Source of the DNA: a virus
Taxonomy: Duplodnaviria > Caudoviricetes
Length of the DNA stretch: 37,720 nt
Strand: one strand, 5' to 3'
IMG/VR virus record: IMGVR_UViG_3300032236_001563
Coordinates: 1 to 37,720 of that record
Shown: positions 27,496 through 34,972 of the stretch, piece after piece
How the letters are laid out: each line of letters starts with the position of its first letter
Numbering within the stretch: position 1 is the stretch's first letter
Notes under the pieces: generated by a model
Told to the model about the DNA's origin: nothing
Databases searched by the model: none
The model's input: the letters and a program-made list of their open reading frames with translations, nothing else
Position numbers and translations under genes: made by a program

Positions 27496-28886
27496 TATTT
27501 CATCATTACATTTATGAATTTAGTGTTAGGATAAAGTGTCTCATCAACATTATCAATATCCATAACATCCAATATTTTATTTAATCCATCACTTTTATAG
27601 TCAATCTTCCCTTGTTGCATTTCTGTAACAAATCTTTTTTCATTTCTTGCAGTTGTTTCACCTTTAGCCCATCTTCCATTAATAAATCCTTCATCAACAT
27701 GTGGTAAACAATAAAACGCACCTTCTCTTCTATATGGTACTATATTTTCGATAACATTTATGTCTTCTTCTGTAATTTCCAAATCACAATTATCAGCATC
27801 TAATTTGACTAACGTATCCTCATCATCAAATACATCATTTACATTGTCAAAAAATTTATTATATAACTTGAATTCAGCTATTTTACCTTTATAGTATGTA
27901 TTAGAATGAGCGCAGAATCCTAATAAGAATGGATGAATAGCATCGTGAGATCTTAATTCACCAAAGGCTGGAAATGGTGTATTTTGTTTAATCCCATTCA
28001 TTTGTGAAATTAATTCATCATTAACATAGAAATAAATTTGATTGTTTTCTCTAGAATAACTCAATGTTACCCAAGTCCATAGATGCTCAAATCTTTTAGC
28101 CCAATTATATATTGGATTATTATACTTATCAAAGTATTGCATGGTAACAGCCCTAGAATTATTAAACGATAATCCCCAATTCCACGAACCAAGTTTTCTT
28201 AATAATGGATATTCCATAAATCTTTTCTGAGTATCACCAACTAACCATATTGGCACCTTATCTTCTTGTTGTTCTGCATTGAATAGAATTGATATTGTAT
28301 GGTCATTACGCAGACTACTACTTATCTCTCTATCTGTTGTTATTGAATATGAAGAATCCTTACCATTGAAATTTAATACCTTTTTATTTTTATATGTCTT
28401 AAATATTTTACCCGTTGTCATTCCCTCATAGTAACATCTCCAAAATAAATCATCGTCTTCTTGACCCCAATCCCAATATTCATTAGAATAACCATTTGTT
28501 GCATATGCTTGTTCTTTTGTAAACAACACAACTCCACCAAAGTATTGGTCGTATCCTAAACCGTAATTATATTTTGATAATTTTGTTGCAATATGTATTG
28601 GATTATCTTCTGGATATGAATAATCACCACCTGGCATATTGGTATCGTAAGATAACATATCAACATCGTGCCAAGCAATGTAATCACATCCATCCTCAAA
28701 TGCATAATGAGCTGCAATATTTTTCATTGCCCCTCTATTAAACAATTTATCATCTATTTGATGACCAACATAAAATGAATGATCAATACCTTGTTCGTTT
28801 AACTTTTTTGATAAATGAGGTATTAATCTTTCAATATGTTCTTTCCTATTCCTGTATGGTATGCAAATACCTAATTTATGACTCAT
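27495..28886 (-). CDS. GT7 (beta-1,4-galactosyltransferase-like) with inserted LamG domain
   Basis: IPYRNR, FNRGAMKN, HDVD, YFGGV, NGYSNEYWDWGQEDDD. The insert starts at LNFNGKDS, and the GT resumes at PYRREG..LPH...DGLN. Confidence 0.9.
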   Translation of the reverse strand: MSHKLGICIPYRNRKEHIERLIPHLSKKLNEQGIDHSFYVGHQIDDKLFNRGAMKNIAAHYAFEDGCDYIAWHDVDMLSYDTNMPGGDYSYPEDNPIHIATKLSKYNYGLGYDQYFGGVVLFTKEQAYATNGYSNEYWDWGQEDDDLFWRCYYEGMTTGKIFKTYKNKKVLNFNGKDSSYSITTDREISSSLRNDHTISILFNAEQQEDKVPIWLVGDTQKRFMEYPLLRKLGSWNWGLSFNNSRAVTMQYFDKYNNPIYNWAKRFEHLWTWVTLSYSRENNQIYFYVNDELISQMNGIKQNTPFPAFGELRSHDAIHPFLLGFCAHSNTYYKGKIAEFKLYNKFFDNVNDVFDDEDTLVKLDADNCDLEITEEDINVIENIVPYRREGAFYCLPHVDEGFINGRWAKGETTARNEKRFVTEMQQGKIDYKSDGLNKILDVMDIDNVDETLYPNTKFINVMMK

Positions 28887-30301
28887 ATTCCAACATTAAC
28901 ATGTGTTATTTTATTTTTATATTCCTTTCCATGTTCAATAAACTCTAAATTTGATAAACCATCATCATTAATTAAATGATGATTCAAGGATATTTCATTA
29001 TAAAATCTTAATTGATTCCATCTTGTTGCTTTATCTTTCCATGTGTTACCTAGAAATCCATTCTCTTCATGTTTTAATGATGTGAATAATGATTTTCTTC
29101 TATGAGGTATTTTTATTACTTTATTTCCCTCATAAGTCAAATCAACAATTTCACAGTTTACAATTTTACCAGTAATTTTATTATTTACTAAATCTTTCAA
29201 TTTATAATTGTAAATATGTTCACTATCAAAATAAATTATCAAATTTTTTGATGAGGTATATTCACCAAAATCATTTCTAAAATCATCTGTTTCATTATTA
29301 GATAATTCAAGTATTTCATTTTCATCTAATGCTTTATTGAAAATTGCAAAATTTGTTAGATAACCCTTGAAATATCTTTCATCCCCTTCTCTACTTGGTT
29401 CGCCAACACCTAAATATGCAAAAGTTTTATCTGTATATGGTAACAATTTTGTTGTTATGTTAGTTTCACCAATAAAAATCCCGTCTTGATATGCACGAAT
29501 AACATTACCATTAATTGTAACACATATATTTGTCTTGTAATTAGTTTTAATTTCTGAATTGATATATAAAGCATTTTTATCATCATCAAACGTACAAAAA
29601 TTATATCTAGAAAATGAATTGAATGAAATTGATGTATCATAACCAGGTATACTAAAAATTGTATATTGATCACTATCTTTTAAGTGATCGCATATAATGT
29701 CATCTGGGTAAAATGAAATAAAAAATGATACGTCATAATCTAAATCAATTATATTTCTAAATTTAACATAAGAATCAACACCATTAAACTTCAACGCCTT
29801 TTTTGGTTTACCAGTATTTTTAATTGATATTTCATCTAAGTCAATCCCCTTAACTTTACATCTTAATAATAAATCAGTGTCTTCATATCCCCAACCCCAG
29901 TATTTGTTTGAGTAACCATTTATTTCCTCAAATATTTCAATGGGGAACATGGTAACCCCACCAAAATACTCCTGAAAAATTTCTCGTTTATTTTCTTTAT
30001 AGCCTAAAATAAAATCTGTTGCTAAATGAATTGGTTTTTCTGAATATGAATAATCAACATCAAGTGGTAACATATCAACGTCATGAAAAACAATGTAGTT
30101 ACATTTCATTTTTTTAGCATATCTATATCCAATATTTAACAACATACCTCGATTAAATTGTTTCGCATCATCCTGTTCAACAATTATAATCTCATGCCTT
30201 ATATTTTTTTTATCTAGATAATTTTTAATGTGTTTAATAAAAATATCTAACTGTTCATATCTATTTCTATAAGGGACAATTACACCTAATTTATTTATCA
30301 T
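28883..30301 (-). CDS. GT7 (beta-1,4-galactosyltransferase-like) with inserted LamG domain; tandem paralog
   Basis: VPYRNR, FNRGMLLNIG, FHDVDMLP, YFGGV, INGYSNKYWGWGYEDTD. Insert: ALKFNGVDSYV...FKGYLTNFAIFNKAL. The GT resumes at PHRRKS..LKH...DGLSNL. Confidence 0.9.
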   Translation of the reverse strand: MINKLGVIVPYRNRYEQLDIFIKHIKNYLDKKNIRHEIIIVEQDDAKQFNRGMLLNIGYRYAKKMKCNYIVFHDVDMLPLDVDYSYSEKPIHLATDFILGYKENKREIFQEYFGGVTMFPIEIFEEINGYSNKYWGWGYEDTDLLLRCKVKGIDLDEISIKNTGKPKKALKFNGVDSYVKFRNIIDLDYDVSFFISFYPDDIICDHLKDSDQYTIFSIPGYDTSISFNSFSRYNFCTFDDDKNALYINSEIKTNYKTNICVTINGNVIRAYQDGIFIGETNITTKLLPYTDKTFAYLGVGEPSREGDERYFKGYLTNFAIFNKALDENEILELSNNETDDFRNDFGEYTSSKNLIIYFDSEHIYNYKLKDLVNNKITGKIVNCEIVDLTYEGNKVIKIPHRRKSLFTSLKHEENGFLGNTWKDKATRWNQLRFYNEISLNHHLINDDGLSNLEFIEHGKEYKNKITHVNVGI

Positions 30302-30497
30302 CAGTTTTTTGATCTTTTAATGGTGTTGTTGTTTTATGCCATTCATGTAAATAATACTGAATTCTATCACTCCATTCCTCTTTATCTATTTCCTCAAAAA
30401 AAATAGTTAATGCGTCTAATGAATTTGCGATTTTTTCTAATGCTTTAACTTTTCTTTCTTCTAATTTTTGTGATTGTTCATCTGTCTTTGCACTCAT
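30291..30497 (-). CDS. Small helical hypothetical protein (68 aa)
   Basis: Overlaps both neighbours in operon fashion; charged amphipathic sequence. Confidence 0.7.
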   Translation of the reverse strand: MSAKTDEQSQKLEERKVKALEKIANSLDALTIFFEEIDKEEWSDRIQYYLHEWHKTTTPLKDQKTDDK

Positions 30498-31351
30498 ATT
30501 GATATAATTTTTTTTATTAATTTATTCCATTTAGTATATCTCTGAAACTCAGCATATCCATCACTTAAAACAACTTCATATTTCTGTTCGTCCAAATCAA
30601 TTCTGAATTTTGTTTTACGTAATTCATTATATAATTTTTGATACTCATTAGAATAGGCATATTCTTGCTTTATACTAGCTACTACCATTATTCTGTTAAT
30701 ACATGTTGAATCCCACTTGAAATGATGAACTTGAACCGAATGTGTGTCAACTGGTGCTATTAAAGGATGATTCCACCCTTGCCAACGCCATGTTGTGTAC
30801 CCATCTATTTTTGCGTAATGTTGACCTGATGTTATTTCTATACCACCTTTCATAACACAAATTTTATTTGGACATGCATTACTCATTGGATATCTGAAAA
30901 ATGACATCACTGGAAACTGTTGGAATATGTTTTCATTTGCTTTCAATTCTGGAAATGAGCCATTAGCACCAACTCGATCAATAAACCCACCTCTAACTAA
31001 TTCCCATTCATTATTATTACAATCAGATATTAATTTATCTAAATCGTTATTTGGATATAAATGAAACTCATCAATATCAGCAATAACCCACCAATCATTT
31101 GGTTTTTTATATTTGATTAAATTATATAAATGTGTAACTTTTTCCCAATCAAAAACTCTATCCTTTATAACTTTAACAACCTTAACATTGTTATATGATT
31201 CAACTATCTCCTTTACTTCATTCGCTAATGATGGGTATAAATCTGTTTCATATACCACATAGTTAATCTCATCAACATATTTTTGATAATGCTTAATGTG
31301 ATGTTCTAATAACTCAATTCCGTGGCCAATAACAGTAAGTAAACGCGTCAT
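30494..31351 (-). CDS. GT2-like glycosyltransferase (Glyco_tranf_2_4/GT92-like)
   Basis: LLEHHIKHY, WWVIADIDEF (DxDE), GGFIDR, GQH, VHHFKW. Confidence 0.75.
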   Translation of the reverse strand: MTRLLTVIGHGIELLEHHIKHYQKYVDEINYVVYETDLYPSLANEVKEIVESYNNVKVVKVIKDRVFDWEKVTHLYNLIKYKKPNDWWVIADIDEFHLYPNNDLDKLISDCNNNEWELVRGGFIDRVGANGSFPELKANENIFQQFPVMSFFRYPMSNACPNKICVMKGGIEITSGQHYAKIDGYTTWRWQGWNHPLIAPVDTHSVQVHHFKWDSTCINRIMVVASIKQEYAYSNEYQKLYNELRKTKFRIDLDEQKYEVVLSDGYAEFQRYTKWNKLIKKIISI

Positions 31352-32082
31352 TTTCTATTAATTATCGTTAAACCGCTAGATGCTGGTTTATTCGATAATA
31401 TACGAAAATTATGTAAATTAATCAAATTATAGTCAGGGTTTTTTTCAAGCTCCTTAACTAATCTGGACGGTCCGTCAAACCTAAAATGGTCATTCTTTGC
31501 GTCTTCAGAAACTATTAAACTTTCTTCATAATCTGCATCAGTGTCATGAAGAATAATGACACCTTTTTCTGTCATTATATTAGAATATAGATCAAAATCT
31601 TTTTTAACCCCCTCATATGAATGATCCCCATCAATAAAAAGAACATCTATTTTGATGTCTTGGAGAACAAAGAAATTATAGTACGCATTTTCTGACGTAT
31701 CTTTAATAAAACGCGGGTAAAATGTTTTTCTATAGAACGATTCAGAATCATCCAAAGTATTCGGTCCACCAATTCCATTACAAGCATCCACAAGAAAAGT
31801 AGCACCAATATCCCCCCAATTGAAATCACTATTCCCATCGAATATTTTTTGTTTATATAAGTCAATTCTAGCCTGTGTCATTATTCTTGGTATATAACCC
31901 GCACCAGAACCAATACACACGCAATTTTTGGCTCTCATATGCTGAATAATCGAATATACAATTAACCCATCACCCATATGCTCTTTGGTCGCACCATGCG
32001 TCCATAGATATGGTATTGTTTCACCATTATTTGTGGTGATTGATTGTTCGATATATTTGTTATTCGTTATCATCTCATCCAA
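31348..32082 (-). CDS. Class I SAM-dependent methyltransferase (Methyltransf_24-like)
   Basis: CVCIGSGAGY and IDVLFIDGDHSYEGVKKDF...GVIILHDT. Confidence 0.88.
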   Translation of the reverse strand: MDEMITNNKYIEQSITTNNGETIPYLWTHGATKEHMGDGLIVYSIIQHMRAKNCVCIGSGAGYIPRIMTQARIDLYKQKIFDGNSDFNWGDIGATFLVDACNGIGGPNTLDDSESFYRKTFYPRFIKDTSENAYYNFFVLQDIKIDVLFIDGDHSYEGVKKDFDLYSNIMTEKGVIILHDTDADYEESLIVSEDAKNDHFRFDGPSRLVKELEKNPDYNLINLHNFRILSNKPASSGLTIINRK

Positions 32083-32810
32083 TCAGGCCAGTTTTCTGGT
32101 CTCATAAATCTTCTGCTAACACTCTGCATTTTATATGCCATTATATCATATAGTTCCATATCTCGTTGAATATCACTATGTGATAACTTTGCAGCAATAG
32201 TTATTGACACACCCTCACCTGCGCCATTAACATCCTTATTAACTAAAAGATCGGAAAAATCTTTTGCTAATTGTAGTTTTTCGTAATAATTATAAAACAT
32301 TTTTTGATTGAACCCTATCTTATTGATTACCAATACATATTCCCATATTGTTTCACAATTTAGAAATGGTGGATAGATTTTTTCGGCATAATTTTTATAA
32401 GAATTCCATTCTGGTGTGTCTAATACAATTTCTTTTACAAATTCTTTTTTAGCTGGGTGATTTAATAATGTGTCGATATATGTTATACCATACTTGAATT
32501 GATATGTTTTGATAATATCTAAGAATGAATAATCAGTTACATGAACATCAGCGTCTAATAGAATACAATAATCATGTTCTTTAAGAATAAATTTTGGAAG
32601 TAACATTTTATCATGATAAGATCTAAATGATTTATCATATAATATTACATGTAATAAATTTGATTCGTATTTTTTTGTAAAATATTCAGTATTATCTGTT
32701 AAAATATAACAATGGAAATCATCACTTATAATTTTGTTAATTTTTTCATCTGCACCTCTAAAGTAAAAATCATCACCAAAACAAAATATTCCAAATCCAA
32801 TATTGTTCAT
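32070..32810 (-). CDS. Putative GT-A glycosyltransferase-like protein; paralog of 10748-11377
   Basis: ILTDNTEYF, SYHDKMLLP, LLDADV, TIWE, GAGEGVSI. Confidence 0.55.
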   Translation of the reverse strand: MNNIGFGIFCFGDDFYFRGADEKINKIISDDFHCYILTDNTEYFTKKYESNLLHVILYDKSFRSYHDKMLLPKFILKEHDYCILLDADVHVTDYSFLDIIKTYQFKYGITYIDTLLNHPAKKEFVKEIVLDTPEWNSYKNYAEKIYPPFLNCETIWEYVLVINKIGFNQKMFYNYYEKLQLAKDFSDLLVNKDVNGAGEGVSITIAAKLSHSDIQRDMELYDIMAYKMQSVSRRFMRPENWPDWMR

Positions 32811-32838
32811 GTGATTAATTTAAATAAAATTATTGAAA

Positions 32839-33648
32839 TTAACAAGCAGTACAACCTGGTGCTGTTGTATAATATTGACAACCATAACCACAGTTATAAT
32901 ATGCACCACCAAATCTATATTTTTGAGCGTTATAATTTTGTAGTAACTCAGATGCACTTAACGCTCTATTATACCCCATTACAATACTTAATTTACCAGT
33001 ATATATCCCGCAACAAGGACTATGTACAATCCCTGGTGCCCCATTTTGTGAACTACTTTGACTGGGAATTGAAACGCTATTTTGAAAAACACCATTTAAA
33101 TATAATAATACCGACGTTCCTGATCTATTAAACACAACACTCACATTATACCAAGATGATGTGCTTATTGAGGATAAGAAACTTAATGTTCCTTCTTGAT
33201 ATGTCGGGCCTATTAAATAATAAATACCATTTGTACCAACACCAAAACGATAACCATCGGCGCCACCAGCATTTGAAAATAAACCAACTTGACCGCTACT
33301 AGAATTGGGATTTTTAATCCACACTGAAATTGTAAAATTTCCAGTTGTAGAAAACATATTTGAACCAAATGTAAAACCTAAAGATGCACTACCTGCAGAA
33401 CCACCTGTAGTTGATGAAAAATCAAAACATTGTGCTACATCAGTGCTAAAAGGTACAGAACCATACATTGAAGCAGTATTTGAATTACCACTTAAATCAT
33501 TCCATGAACTTCCTGAACCTGAGTAAGAATTTTTATTAGATGCGTCTAAATGTAAAACCAAACCACTATTAACGACATGATTAATAGTTTCACCACCAGG
33601 TCCGATTGAGGTGTTTATTATTGTATTTCCATTTATATCTATTGCCAT
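32839..33648 (-). CDS. LamG/ConA-like lectin-domain virion protein with Cys-rich C-terminal tail
   Basis: GLVLHLDASNKNSYSGSGSSWNDLSGN, FTISVWIK, WYNVSVV, LYLNG, YNRALSASELLQNYNAQKYRFG. Confidence 0.88.
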   Translation of the reverse strand: MAIDINGNTIINTSIGPGGETINHVVNSGLVLHLDASNKNSYSGSGSSWNDLSGNSNTASMYGSVPFSTDVAQCFDFSSTTGGSAGSASLGFTFGSNMFSTTGNFTISVWIKNPNSSSGQVGLFSNAGGADGYRFGVGTNGIYYLIGPTYQEGTLSFLSSISTSSWYNVSVVFNRSGTSVLLYLNGVFQNSVSIPSQSSSQNGAPGIVHSPCCGIYTGKLSIVMGYNRALSASELLQNYNAQKYRFGGAYYNCGYGCQYYTTAPGCTAC

Positions 33649-33650
33649 AA

Positions 33651-34238
33651 TTAAAAAATAAAGATTTCAGAAACAACAGTTCTACCTAAATAATTACATG
33701 CTCTCCCATGTGTAGGACCAGCAGAAGAGGTACCATTTCTACGAGATAACATATAAAATGAACGTGTACTGGACACAGCAAAAGAACTATGCATAAAATT
33801 ATCCGAATTATTATCACAAGCATTTGATTTTTTGGTAAATTGCGTATTTTCAAAAGCATTTACCGAATCATATAATTGATCTCCACTACCAGAATCCCAT
33901 ACTAACATACCTGATGAAGGTGAATAACCATCAGCATTAAAATTCCAACATGATGCATATCCTTCACAGTAAAATTTACATATTAAACGAGACCAGTCAT
34001 ATTGTGATTTTATTTTAATTGCAAATCCACTACTATCACATCCACCATTTCCATGTGCAAAATCTAAATAATAAAAACCATTTGTATCATTTGTTGATGC
34101 GTTCACACTATATGTTCCAGAATAACTTACACTATCAATCATATCATAAGTTACTCTTCTAAATGTTTTAGATAAAATGATACCGTTTGGTGATGTCATA
34201 GATGACGTTAAATTTATACCTCCTATATTAAATGACAT
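33651..34238 (-). CDS. Hypothetical virion-associated protein (Ser/Gly/Cys/aromatic-rich)
   Basis: Lies between two LamG genes and shares their N-terminal motif (MSFNIGG). Confidence 0.6.
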   Translation of the reverse strand: MSFNIGGINLTSSMTSPNGIILSKTFRRVTYDMIDSVSYSGTYSVNASTNDTNGFYYLDFAHGNGGCDSSGFAIKIKSQYDWSRLICKFYCEGYASCWNFNADGYSPSSGMLVWDSGSGDQLYDSVNAFENTQFTKKSNACDNNSDNFMHSSFAVSSTRSFYMLSRRNGTSSAGPTHGRACNYLGRTVVSEIFIF

Positions 34239-34249
34239 AAAATATTAAA

Positions 34250-34972
34250 TTAAATTCCAAATCTAGCTTTAACACTATAATAATTATTTATTATCTCAGC
34301 ACTATGCAAAACTCTGTTATATATCATTACCACATATACTAAACCTTTAAAATACAATCCAGCTGATGAATTTCGACCAACATTTATTAAATCACCGCCA
34401 TTTACATTTGATTGAGATGAATTGGTATTTGAACCTAACAAAACACCGTTTTTATAATGTCTAATAACCCCACCCGTATTATATGTTACTGAAATATGAT
34501 ATATTGTATTTGTTGAAATACCAGTACCATTTGGGGCATCATTTTCTGGTGTTGACGCAGCGTTTTGTCTAAAGTTGCTTCTTAAACTACCATCACTACC
34601 CCATTCGAATTGGGCTCCGTTACCGCCATAATATTGTGAAAAAATAGTGTTTCTAGTATTAGGTGATGAATTTAATTTTGCAACATAAATTACTGTACTT
34701 GTATTAAAATTAATTTGACTATACGGTATTGTAATATATTGTGAACTACCATCCAAGGTAATTCCGCCACTTGAAAATCCTGGACCATTAATTAATGTAC
34801 CATTATTTGCATTACCTGTTAAATCAGTCCAAACTGTACCGCTACCAGGATATGAAGAAAGATTGCCAGCATCTAAATAAGTAATCAAATTATCCGTAAC
34901 AATGTTATTACTAAATGATGCGTTATTTATTGTGCTAGTTGTAATTATATTTCCTCCAATATCTATACTCAT
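34250..34972 (-). CDS. LamG/ConA-like lectin-domain virion protein
   Basis: NLITYLDAGNLSSYPGSGTVWTDLTGN, LDGSSQY, YHISVTY, YKNG, YNRVLHSAEIINNYYSVKARFGI. Confidence 0.88.
   Translation of the reverse strand: MSIDIGGNIITTSTINNASFSNNIVTDNLITYLDAGNLSSYPGSGTVWTDLTGNANNGTLINGPGFSSGGITLDGSSQYITIPYSQINFNTSTVIYVAKLNSSPNTRNTIFSQYYGGNGAQFEWGSDGSLRSNFRQNAASTPENDAPNGTGISTNTIYHISVTYNTGGVIRHYKNGVLLGSNTNSSQSNVNGGDLINVGRNSSAGLYFKGLVYVVMIYNRVLHSAEIINNYYSVKARFGI

Noticed and set aside
7383-32810. Bacterial O-antigen or capsule locus
   Set aside because: No flippase, polymerase, ABC exporter or priming transferase is visible, there are almost no membrane proteins, and the flanks are phage-type fibre and LamG genes.
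8475-33526. Short plus-strand ORFs and nested minus-strand ORFs (29455-29673, 31647-31865)
   Set aside because: They overlap motif-bearing minus-strand genes and show no recognisable features.
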